Shown in pieces: positions 9,347 through 17,751 of a stretch of DNA of 64,000 nt (the stretch's first letter is position 1; each line of letters opens with the position of its first letter). This DNA comes from Phycisphaerales bacterium UBA6054 (GTDB taxonomy: Bacteria; Planctomycetota; Phycisphaerae; Phycisphaerales; UBA1924), in contig DIYM01000017.1 in the NCBI GenBank assembly GCA_002429045.1, forward strand, positions 5,580 through 69,579. Direction: 5' to 3'. The position numbers were made by a program, and so were the translations under genes. The notes beneath the pieces are model-generated. The model did not search any database and was not told the DNA's origin. It saw only the letters and a list, made by a program, of their open reading frames with translations.

Positions 9347-11062
9347 ATGCAAGCCCGGATCATCATCGCGCTGCTGCTCGGCGTCATCCTCGGCGTGCCG
9401 TTCGCCATGACCGCCGGCGCGAGGCGTGACCACAACTCGGCGGAAGGCACCCCACGCCTGATCGTCGTCACTCCCCACGTGCCGCAGATCCGTTCCGAGT
9501 TCGGACGGGCCTTCGCCGCGTGGCACCGGGCGGAGTACGGCGAGCCGATCGAACTCGATTGGCGAACGCCGGGGGGCACCAGCGAGATCCGCAAGCAGCT
9601 CGATGCGATCTTCCAGAGCGCCGTCAAGTCGCTGGCCGAAGACGGGCTGATCCCCCGGGATGCCGATGACACCTTCCTCCTGCCGCCCGGCTCCGTCGAG
9701 TACGACCTTTTCTTCGGCGGCGGATCGTTCGACCACGGACAAGCCGCACGCCCCACGACCGTCAGTGCCACCGGACCCGGAGGCGAGGCGTTCACCGTGC
9801 GGATCCGCCAGACCGCGCCCGCCGACTTCACCCAGGACGAGCTCGACACGCTCTTCGGGCCCAACTCGATCGGCCCGCAACTGCTGTACGACCCCGAGCA
9901 ACGATGGATCGGGACCGCCCTGTCCAGCTTCGGCATCGTGTTCAATCGCGACGTGCTCGAGCGCCTCGGCGTGCCCGTCCCGCAGACCTTCCGCGACCTC
10001 GGCAACCCGGACCTGATCGGCTGGGTCGCGCTCGCCGACCCGCGCCAGTCGGGCTCCATCACCACCACGTTCGATTCCATCCTCGGCAATGAGGGGTGGG
10101 AAGAGGGATGGAAGACGCTCCGCGCCATGTCCGGCGCGACCCGCTACTTCACCAACAGTTCCACGAAGCCGCCGATCGATGTGTCCCAGGGCGAGGCCGC
10201 GGCGGCGCTGGCGATCGATTTCTACGGGCGCGGGCAGGCCCAGGTCATCGCCGACTCGGGGGGCGGCGACCGCGTCGGATACACCGATCCCGCCGGGTCC
10301 GTGTACGTCGATGCCGATCCGATCAGCCTCATCAACGGGGGCCCGCAGCCCGACCTGGCCAAACGCTTCATCCGGTTCATGCTCACCGAACAAGCCCAGG
10401 CGCTCTGGCAGTTCCGCGCGGGCGACCAATCCAACCCCACCGGGCCCGACGGCCAACCGATGGGGCCAGCGGAACACGAACTGCGACGCATGCCGGTGCG
10501 ACGCGTGATGTACGAGAACCACTTCGAAGCACTGACCGACAAGGTTGACCCGTTCGAGATCGTTTCGGACGTCCAGAACCCGGGCTGGCGCACGGGTGTG
10601 CAGGTGATGATGGGCTGCTTCGGTGTCGATCTCGCCGATGAATGCCGCGCCGCGTACACAGCGATCGCCAAGGCCGCCCGGTCGGGCGAGTTCGCCCCGG
10701 CGGAGATCGCCGCACTCGAAGCGAAGTTCTACGCGTTCCCAGAGACCGACATCCAGGCGACCGCCAACCTGCCGGGCTTCGGCGCGCTCTCGGAGCGAGC
10801 CAGCGAGATCGCCGCCGATCCCGCCCACCGCTGGGCGCCCGACCTGATCGAGCACGCACGGGCGATGCCCGCGGGCCCGGCCCGCGAAGAACTCCTCGCC
10901 TTCGCGATGCGCGATCACACGCTCCCGTTCACCGAATCCACATACCGCGCCGTGCGCAACGAGTGGCGCCAGCCGGGCCGCGAGGCCCGCCTCAAGATCG
11001 AGTACACACGTTTCTTCCGCGATAACTACCGGGCGATCGTCCGCGAGGTCCAATCTCGATGA
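9347..11062 (+). CDS. extracellular solute-binding protein (ABC-type, family 1 / iron(III)-like)
   Basis: N-terminal signal/TM helix (IIIALLLGVILGVPFAM). ALADPRQSGS…GWEEGWKTL…FTNSSTKPPIDVSQGEAAAALAIDFYG resembles Fe3+/spermidine-type periplasmic binding proteins. No permease or ATPase gene is adjacent. Confidence 0.65.
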   Translation: MQARIIIALLLGVILGVPFAMTAGARRDHNSAEGTPRLIVVTPHVPQIRSEFGRAFAAWHRAEYGEPIELDWRTPGGTSEIRKQLDAIFQSAVKSLAEDGLIPRDADDTFLLPPGSVEYDLFFGGGSFDHGQAARPTTVSATGPGGEAFTVRIRQTAPADFTQDELDTLFGPNSIGPQLLYDPEQRWIGTALSSFGIVFNRDVLERLGVPVPQTFRDLGNPDLIGWVALADPRQSGSITTTFDSILGNEGWEEGWKTLRAMSGATRYFTNSSTKPPIDVSQGEAAAALAIDFYGRGQAQVIADSGGGDRVGYTDPAGSVYVDADPISLINGGPQPDLAKRFIRFMLTEQAQALWQFRAGDQSNPTGPDGQPMGPAEHELRRMPVRRVMYENHFEALTDKVDPFEIVSDVQNPGWRTGVQVMMGCFGVDLADECRAAYTAIAKAARSGEFAPAEIAALEAKFYAFPETDIQATANLPGFGALSERASEIAADPAHRWAPDLIEHARAMPAGPAREELLAFAMRDHTLPFTESTYRAVRNEWRQPGREARLKIEYTRFFRDNYRAIVREVQSR

Positions 11063-12663
11063 GCACACTCCACCACGAACCCCGCAGCAACGCCCACATC
11101 GATGCGCCGACCTGGCTGCAGACGGTGCACGCCCGTCCGCCGCACGCCAAGATCGTCGCGACACTCGGGCCCGCGTCCGATTCGATCGAGATGCTCCAGA
11201 AGCTCGTGGATCAGGGCGTGAGCGTCTTCCGCCTCAACTTCTCCCACGGCGATCTCGACGCCCAGACCGAAAGGCTCGGTCGCGTGCGCCAGGTTCTGGA
11301 CCACACGCCGCGCGCCGTCGCGGTCCTTGGCGATCTCCAAGGCCCGAAGATGCGCGTCGGCAGGGTGCCCGACGTCGATCCCGATGGGGGCATGATCGTC
11401 AACACGGGCGACGACATCATGTTCCGCAGCGGCCAGGGCGATGCCGACGTGATCGACGGCACCGCCACCTTCGGGGCGACCTTCGACCGGCTCTACCACG
11501 ATGTCGAGCCCGGGCAGCGCGTCCTTGTCAACGACGGCGCGATCCGCATGCTCGTGGTCGATCGCTCGGACGGGCAGTGGCTCCGTTGCCGGGTCACGGT
11601 GGGCGGACGGATCACCTCTTCCAAAGGGATCAACCTGCCCGAGTCCGACCTCCGCATGCCCGCGATCACGGAGCGTGATTGGGCGTGCGTCGAGTGGGCC
11701 GCGAAGAACAGGCTCGACTATCTCGCCCTCTCGTTCGTCCGTTCCGCGTCCGAGATCATGGAACTCCGCGACCGGCTCGACCAGCTCTGCGACGACGTGC
11801 CCGACAAGCCCGGCATCCCCGCGCGCATCCCGATCATCTCGAAGATCGAGAAGCCGCAGGCCCTCACGAACCTGGGCGAGATCATCGATGCCAGCGACGC
11901 GATCATGGTCGCCCGGGGCGATCTCGGCGTGGAGATGGACGTCGCCGCGGTCCCGGTCGCGCAGAAGCACATCCTGGCGGCGTGCGCCGACAAGGCCAAA
12001 CCCTGCATCGTCGCGACCCAGATGCTCGAGACCATGATCGAAAACGCCTCGCCGACCCGCGCCGAGGCGTCCGATGTCGCCAACGCCGTCTTTGATGGCG
12101 CCGACGCCGTCATGCTCTCGGGCGAGACAGCCGTCGGCAAACACCCGGATATCGTCGTCGACACGATGCGCCGGATCATCCAAACCACAGAGGCCCGCGT
12201 CGACGAGATCGCCGACCGCGGCCACGTGCCCGGCAGGCTCGAAGAGTACCCGCACCGCTCCGCGGCGCTCGCCCACGGGACATGGCACATCGCCCACGAA
12301 CTCGGCGCCAAATGCGTCGCGGTCTGGTCGCAGATCGGAGGCATGGCCCGCTACCTCAGCCAGCACAACTTCCGCATCCCGATCTACGCCTTCACCTCGT
12401 CACGGGTGGCGGCCCGACGCATGGCTCTCTACGGCGGTGTCACGCCCGTGTGCATCGAGCCCGAGGGCGAGGGCAGACTCCGCGACTGGACCACGACGGT
12501 CGAGAACCGCGTCCGTGAGGACGGGGTCGCGCAGAACGACGACGCGGTTGTCCTCATCGCCGGCAAACCCCTCGGCGAGGTCCGCGCCCAGAACACGCTG
12601 GCCATCCTCCGCGTGGGAGACCCCGACTCGGGTTTCCGCTCCGCGGGCGACACGGGCACATAA
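11059..12663 (+). CDS. pyk: pyruvate kinase
   Basis: KIVATLGPAS…GVSVFRLNFSHGD, ISKIEKPQAL, MVARGDLGVEM and ATQMLETM are canonical pyruvate kinase motifs. The ATG overlaps the upstream stop (ATGA). Confidence 0.95.
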   Translation: MSTLHHEPRSNAHIDAPTWLQTVHARPPHAKIVATLGPASDSIEMLQKLVDQGVSVFRLNFSHGDLDAQTERLGRVRQVLDHTPRAVAVLGDLQGPKMRVGRVPDVDPDGGMIVNTGDDIMFRSGQGDADVIDGTATFGATFDRLYHDVEPGQRVLVNDGAIRMLVVDRSDGQWLRCRVTVGGRITSSKGINLPESDLRMPAITERDWACVEWAAKNRLDYLALSFVRSASEIMELRDRLDQLCDDVPDKPGIPARIPIISKIEKPQALTNLGEIIDASDAIMVARGDLGVEMDVAAVPVAQKHILAACADKAKPCIVATQMLETMIENASPTRAEASDVANAVFDGADAVMLSGETAVGKHPDIVVDTMRRIIQTTEARVDEIADRGHVPGRLEEYPHRSAALAHGTWHIAHELGAKCVAVWSQIGGMARYLSQHNFRIPIYAFTSSRVAARRMALYGGVTPVCIEPEGEGRLRDWTTTVENRVREDGVAQNDDAVVLIAGKPLGEVRAQNTLAILRVGDPDSGFRSAGDTGT

Positions 12664-12683
12664 CGCCGAGACCCCCCCGGGCA

Positions 12684-12884
12684 CTAGCCCCCGCCGACCA
12701 GCGTCACGATCTCCACCGATTCGCCCTCGCGGATCACACGCCCGGCGCGTTCCCGCTTCGGGACGAGTCGTTTGTCGATCTCCGCCGCGCAAATCGAATC
12801 CGCCAGGCCCATCCGATCGATCAATCCGCTGACGGTAAGATCATCGGGCAGGTCCTGTGGTTCGCCGTTCACGGTGCAACGCAT
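12684..12884 (-). CDS. thiS: ThiS/MoaD-family sulfur carrier protein
   Basis: 66 aa with beta-grasp-like pattern (VNGEPQDL…TVSGLI…). C-terminus is …VTLVGGG, the Gly-Gly end typical of ThiS. Confidence 0.7.
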   Translation of the reverse strand: MRCTVNGEPQDLPDDLTVSGLIDRMGLADSICAAEIDKRLVPKRERAGRVIREGESVEIVTLVGGG

Positions 12885-12913
12885 CCCGGATACTACGCGG
12901 GGGTACCCTCAGC

Positions 12914-13864
12914 ATGCCAGACCGACACGCGGGCACAGAGACGCCCCCCACCGACGAGCACGCAAGCCGGGGCATCCAAGGCCCCGCCCAGCCCGAGCCG
13001 CTGCCGCTGCCCGTCCTGCTGGCCGCGGTGTCGCTCTGCTCGCTGGTGCTGATCAGCGCCGCCGTGTGGGGCACGATGAGGCTCTGGCCCGAGAAGACGT
13101 ATCCGACCGACACGCCCCGGGCCGTGCTCGACTCCGCGGCCCAGATGCTCGCCGACCGGCGTGCCGACCGGCTCGTGGAGTTGGTCGAGACGGTCCCACC
13201 CGCCGAGGCTGGATCCGAGCGCGACCGGCGCATGAGCGACCTGTACATCCGGGTCGGGCGCGTGCTCCGGGCCGCGCAGGACCTGCACGACGCGGTCCGT
13301 TCGGAGATGCCCGAGGACCTCGAGACCCTCCGGGCACAGATCGCAGCCGCCGAAGCGCGAGGCGAGTCGTCCTCTCTGCTCGCCACGCTGATGCCCGGGA
13401 GGCGCGGACGCGAGCGATCGCCCCAGCAACGCGAGGCCCGCGAGCGCCTGATCGAACGCCTCCTCGCGGACCCGTTCGCGGGGATCGACAACGCCGTCAG
13501 CGAGAACACCGACCGCATCGGCATCCAAGAGATCGGCGCCGACTCGGTCGCGATCACCTGGGACGGCCGGCCCGTGCTCCCCCCCTTCGGACTGACGATG
13601 CGCAACTCCGGCAAAGGCTGGAGGGTTGTCCCGCCCACAAGCCTGCCGATGGTCCGCCGTTTCCTGCCCGACTCCGACGCCGAGTACCAGGTCTGGGGCA
13701 GTCTGCTCGCCACGCTCGAGTCACTGCTCGACGACCTCGGGGGCGATGTCCGCTCCGGCCGCATCCGCACGATCGATCGGCTCACCCAGCAGGCCATCGA
13801 GGACGCCGTCATCCCGATGGGGATGATGATGGTCGCCCTCGGCAACGCGGACGAGGACGACTGA
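12914..13864 (+). CDS. hypothetical membrane-anchored protein
   Basis: Start at the internal ATG (MPDRHAGTE…). One TM helix (LPVLLAAVSLCSLVLISAAVW). No family recognised. Confidence 0.5.
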   Translation: MPDRHAGTETPPTDEHASRGIQGPAQPEPLPLPVLLAAVSLCSLVLISAAVWGTMRLWPEKTYPTDTPRAVLDSAAQMLADRRADRLVELVETVPPAEAGSERDRRMSDLYIRVGRVLRAAQDLHDAVRSEMPEDLETLRAQIAAAEARGESSSLLATLMPGRRGRERSPQQREARERLIERLLADPFAGIDNAVSENTDRIGIQEIGADSVAITWDGRPVLPPFGLTMRNSGKGWRVVPPTSLPMVRRFLPDSDAEYQVWGSLLATLESLLDDLGGDVRSGRIRTIDRLTQQAIEDAVIPMGMMMVALGNADEDD

Positions 13865-14347
13865 ATGAACGCGCTCGAAAAACTCCGGCAGGTTACCGAC
13901 TCGATCGCGCACGCCGACAACGGGCTCACAATCGTCGACGCGTGGGCATTGGCCGGGCGCCTGCTCGCGCGCTTCCCGGTCGATCAGGCCGAATCGGCCC
14001 GGGTGCTCGCCTCGCGGGATCACGAGGGGCTCGATCGGCTCGTGCACGCCCTGGAAAACCCCGCCCCGAAGCGAGAAGCGCCGACCGTTGCCGATGTCTC
14101 CGAATCGGATATGAAAGCCGCGATGCGGGCGTTCCACAAACGCCTGAAACTCACCCGCCTGGACGACGAATCCAGGCTCGGCGGGCGGTACACGTCGGGA
14201 GGACGCAAGTCACAGGTCGACGCCATCATGCCGCCGACCGAGTTTCCTCAAAGGGTCTGGGACGCCCTGGTCGCCGCCGGCCGGCTCACCCCGGTCGGCA
14301 AGGGCTTCTACGCCGACGCGGACAACCCGCCCAAGCCGCCGGTCTGA
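13865..14347 (+). CDS. hypothetical protein
   Basis: The ATG immediately follows the upstream stop. 160 aa, soluble, no family recognised. Confidence 0.5.
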   Translation: MNALEKLRQVTDSIAHADNGLTIVDAWALAGRLLARFPVDQAESARVLASRDHEGLDRLVHALENPAPKREAPTVADVSESDMKAAMRAFHKRLKLTRLDDESRLGGRYTSGGRKSQVDAIMPPTEFPQRVWDALVAAGRLTPVGKGFYADADNPPKPPV

Positions 14348-14355
14348 CTCAGCAC

Positions 14356-14709
14356 ATGGCAGCAAGCGAGCACGACATCCCGAGAGCGGCCCGCCTCGCC
14401 GACCTGCTCGATTCGAAGTTCGAGCTGTTCGGCGTGCGCTTCGGGCTCGACCCGATCATCGGGCTCGTTCCCGTGCTCGGCGACACCATCACGCTGGTCA
14501 TGGGGCTCTCGATCGTGCGTGACGCGTGGAAACACCGTGTTCGCAAAGCCATCATCTTCCGTATGCTGCTCAACCTGGGCGTCGACTGGCTCGTCGGGCA
14601 GATCCCCGTGGTCGGCGATCTCACCGACTTCTTTATCCGCCCCAACGCCCGCAACGCCAAACTGCTCCGCCGCGAACACGAGGCCGGAAGACTCCGGAAC
14701 CGAGCGTGA
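14356..14709 (+). CDS. DUF4112-like small membrane protein
   Basis: Only the last 117 codons of the 645-aa track ORF look real. FGLDPIIGLVPVLGDTITLVMG…VDWLVGQIPVVGDLTDFFIRPNARNAKLL matches the duplicated G-x-x-P-x-x-GD pattern I associate with DUF4112. Confidence 0.65.
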   Translation: MAASEHDIPRAARLADLLDSKFELFGVRFGLDPIIGLVPVLGDTITLVMGLSIVRDAWKHRVRKAIIFRMLLNLGVDWLVGQIPVVGDLTDFFIRPNARNAKLLRREHEAGRLRNRA

Positions 14710-15458
14710 CCAAGCCACTATCAAACCCAAAGCGCCTGTGGCTATGGGCCGAACTCATGTTCCTGTACGTCCTCGTGCCCCCGATCATCGCGGGCCTGAT
14801 CCAGCCAGAACTGGGCGACGGCGTCCTCAGCCGCGTCGGCATCGGCTGGGCCTCTTTCCAGACCGGGCTGCCCAGCGGGCTCTTTGTCTTCCCGCTGCTG
14901 CTGATCACCTTCGTGACGATGCTCCTGTACCTGCGTCTGGATCCGACGTTCGACAACACACGCCTCTGGAACAAGGCCGGGTTCAAGAAGGATCTACGCC
15001 GCATCATCGCCGTGTTCGTCCCCTCGGCCGCCGTCATCCTCGGTGTCACCTGGCTGCTGGCCTACAAGACCCCGCTGCTCCCCGAGTCCGGGTTCCTGCG
15101 CCTCCCGCGCGAGATGCCCATCGTGATCCTGTTCATCTCCATCGGGTACCCCTGGATCAGCGCGTACCCTCAGGAGATCACCCACCGGGCGTTCTTCTTC
15201 CACCGCTACCGCCGCATCTTGGGAGAGGGCTCGCTCGCGTTCTGGCTCAATGTCCTGACGTTTTCCTGGCTGCACATCACGATGTGGAACTGGGTCGCCC
15301 TGGCGATGACCATCCCGGCTGGCATGCTCTTCGCATACACATACCTCAAGAGCCGGTCGGCCCTGGCGGCCGGCTTCGAGCACGCGATCTACGGCATCTG
15401 GGCCTTCTTCTGCGGGCTGGGCTACTTCGTCTTCACCGGGAACGTGAACGGGGCTTAA
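14706..15458 (+). CDS. CPBP-family intramembrane glutamic endopeptidase (CAAX protease-like)
   Basis: The GTG start overlaps the upstream stop (GTGA). Multi-TM protein with EITHRAFFF (E-x-x-x-R), FSWLHI and FEHAIYG (H-x-x-x-N/G-like) motifs. Confidence 0.75.
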   Translation: MTKPLSNPKRLWLWAELMFLYVLVPPIIAGLIQPELGDGVLSRVGIGWASFQTGLPSGLFVFPLLLITFVTMLLYLRLDPTFDNTRLWNKAGFKKDLRRIIAVFVPSAAVILGVTWLLAYKTPLLPESGFLRLPREMPIVILFISIGYPWISAYPQEITHRAFFFHRYRRILGEGSLAFWLNVLTFSWLHITMWNWVALAMTIPAGMLFAYTYLKSRSALAAGFEHAIYGIWAFFCGLGYFVFTGNVNGA

Positions 15459-15545
15459 CACCGCCCCAGCACGCGGACAACCGGTACACCCGAGCGGCCG
15501 GCCCTCCTACCATCCCGACCCACGAATCACACGGAGGAGATCCCC

Positions 15546-17168
15546 ATGCCGGCCGTCGCCGAAAACACCCAGGTCACCCTGCCCGCCGACTCAAACCAGG
15601 CCCTCGGCATCGCCAGGTTCGCCATCGACTTCCTGTCGGACGACGCGACCAAGCGCGGCGAGCCCTCCCAGGCGGTCCTCGACAAGACCAACGACTTCTT
15701 CACCGACGCCGTCCTCTGCGGGCTCTCAGCGCTGGCGCTCAAGACCAACGCCCCCACCGTGCTCCGCAACGAAGCGCTCCAGTACCCCGTGACCGACGCG
15801 ACCCACCTCGTGGGGCGGGCCCAGCGCCGCGGCGCGACCGTGTTCGGCTCGGGCACCCAACTCCAGCCCGAGAAGGCGATCGTCGCCAACTGCTCGGCCG
15901 TCCGCGAGTGGGACTCGAACGGCACCAACTTCGGCTACAACCCCGAACTGAACCACACCGCTGGTGAGTTCGGGCACAACGATTTCTACTCGGTCGCGAT
16001 CGCAGCCGCCCAGCTCATGGGCAAGGACGGCGCCTACGCCCTCCGCGCGATGGTCCTGCACGACGAGATCCGCGGCCGACTCGCCGAGGTGTTCAGCCTC
16101 AAGACCTACAAGGTGGACCACGTGGTGCACGGCGGGATCGCTTCGGCGGCCGTCTTCGGCGCGATGCTCGGCGCGACCGCCGAGCAGATCGAATCGGCGA
16201 TCGGCATGACCGTCGCGCACGCGATCCCCTTCCGCGCCATCCGCGCCGGCAAGCAGCTCTCGGATTCCAAGGGCGCCTCCGCAGCGATCACCACGGAGTT
16301 CGCGGTCCTGTCCGTCAAACGCTCCATGGCCGGCTTCCTGGGCCCGCGCGACATCTTCCGCAACCCCGAAGCGATCTTCCGCATCTTCGAGGGCCCCGGA
16401 CAGATGTTCAAGAAGGTCGACGCCGGTTCGGCCAACACCGGACAGGCCGACGCCTCCCCCTTCGACCTCATCCTCAGCCGGGCGGGCGACGACTTCGCCG
16501 TCATGGGCATGCACTTCAAGCTCGGTCTCTACGAGCACCAGTCCGCCGGCGCGATCCAGGCGATCATCGACCTGCTCAACAAGGCCCCCCACCTGCTCGA
16601 TGACGCCAGCGGCTCGAAGATCGCCAAGATCAAGATCACCGCCTACGAGCCCGCCTTCGGCATCATCGGCGACCCCGCCAAGCGGAACCCGACCACGCGC
16701 CAGTCCGCCGACCACTCCATGGTCTACATCATCTCCACCCTCATCCGCAAGGCGCTCAGCCAGCAGAAGGCGGGCTGGACAGAACTCATGCTCGACCCCT
16801 ACGACTACGCCCCCGACGCGATCATCAACGAGCGCACACGCTCGCTGATGGACCGCATCGAGTTCGCCCACGGCGGCGACGAGTACGACCGACGCTACCC
16901 CGATGGCATCCCCACCTCGGTCGTGATCACCGACACCGACGGCACCGATTTCGACTCCGGGCTGGTCATGTACCCCGGCGGGCACGCCCGCAACACGACG
17001 GCCGACCTCAAGGCCATCCTGAGCTTCAAGTTCAACCTGCTCGGCAAGCTCGTCCAGGAAGACCCCGCGCCGATCATCGAGCGGTTCCAGAATCTGGGCG
17101 CCAAGTCCGCCGACCAGATCCGCGAACTGCACGACTTCGAGATCCAGACCCGTGACGGCTACGAGTGA
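15546..17168 (+). CDS. prpD: MmgE/PrpD family protein, 2-methylcitrate dehydratase candidate
   Basis: 540 aa with GGAGGAG upstream. Overall MmgE/PrpD-like sequence (…FFTDAVLCGLSALA…, …HSMVYIISTLI…). prpB and a citrate-synthase-family gene lie nearby. Confidence 0.75.
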   Translation: MPAVAENTQVTLPADSNQALGIARFAIDFLSDDATKRGEPSQAVLDKTNDFFTDAVLCGLSALALKTNAPTVLRNEALQYPVTDATHLVGRAQRRGATVFGSGTQLQPEKAIVANCSAVREWDSNGTNFGYNPELNHTAGEFGHNDFYSVAIAAAQLMGKDGAYALRAMVLHDEIRGRLAEVFSLKTYKVDHVVHGGIASAAVFGAMLGATAEQIESAIGMTVAHAIPFRAIRAGKQLSDSKGASAAITTEFAVLSVKRSMAGFLGPRDIFRNPEAIFRIFEGPGQMFKKVDAGSANTGQADASPFDLILSRAGDDFAVMGMHFKLGLYEHQSAGAIQAIIDLLNKAPHLLDDASGSKIAKIKITAYEPAFGIIGDPAKRNPTTRQSADHSMVYIISTLIRKALSQQKAGWTELMLDPYDYAPDAIINERTRSLMDRIEFAHGGDEYDRRYPDGIPTSVVITDTDGTDFDSGLVMYPGGHARNTTADLKAILSFKFNLLGKLVQEDPAPIIERFQNLGAKSADQIRELHDFEIQTRDGYE

Positions 17169-17748
17169 GCCCGCGGGGCGCGCCCCCGCCGACCGCCCGT
17201 ACGTCGCGGTGTTCTGCGGCGCACGCATGGGCAGCGACCCGGTCTACGCCCAGACCGCCGGCGCGGTCGGGCGGGCGTTGGCGCGGCGCGGGCTCGGGCT
17301 GGTCTACGGCGGGGGCAACGTCGGGCTCATGGGCATCCTCGCGGACGCCGCACTCGAAGCCGGCGCCCCGGTCGTGGGCGTGATCCCGCGCTCGATGGTC
17401 GACGTCGAGCTCGCCCACACCGGTGTCACCGAACTCCGCGTCATCACCACGATGCACGAACGCAAGGCGCTGATGGCCGAGCGTTCCTCGGCGTTCCTCG
17501 CCATCCCCGGCGGCGTCGGCACCCTCGACGAGGTCTTCGAAGCCATCACCTGGAACCAGCTCGCGATCCATGACAAGGCGATCGGCTTCCTCGACACCGA
17601 CGGCTACTACACACACCTCAAATCGTTCATGACGCACAGCGCGAGGCTCGGCTTCATCCCGTCCGACACGATGGACCGCATCATGTTCGACGCCGATACG
17701 GACGCCATGCTCGATCGGCTCTCGGCAGCCATCCGCGCGAGCGGCTGA
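17152..17748 (+). CDS. LOG family (TIGR00730) cytokinin riboside 5'-monophosphate phosphoribohydrolase-like protein
   Basis: VFCGARMG…LVYGGGNVGLMG…, PGGVGTLDE and WNQL are LOG-family motifs. The GTG start overlaps the prpD end by 17 nt, so the start is uncertain. Confidence 0.85.
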   Translation: MTATSEPAGRAPADRPYVAVFCGARMGSDPVYAQTAGAVGRALARRGLGLVYGGGNVGLMGILADAALEAGAPVVGVIPRSMVDVELAHTGVTELRVITTMHERKALMAERSSAFLAIPGGVGTLDEVFEAITWNQLAIHDKAIGFLDTDGYYTHLKSFMTHSARLGFIPSDTMDRIMFDADTDAMLDRLSAAIRASG

Positions 17749-17751
17749 CGC

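Noticed and set aside
9341-11164. 607-aa minus-strand ORF
   Set aside because: It is antisense to the solute-binding protein gene, which has clear family motifs and a signal peptide. The antisense translation is Gly/Arg/Asp-rich with no motifs.
12772-14709. 645-aa Arg-rich ORF
   Set aside because: It overlaps two better ORFs (12914-13864 and 13865-14347) in another frame and has extreme Arg/Pro composition. Only the final 117 codons (DUF4112-like) are kept.
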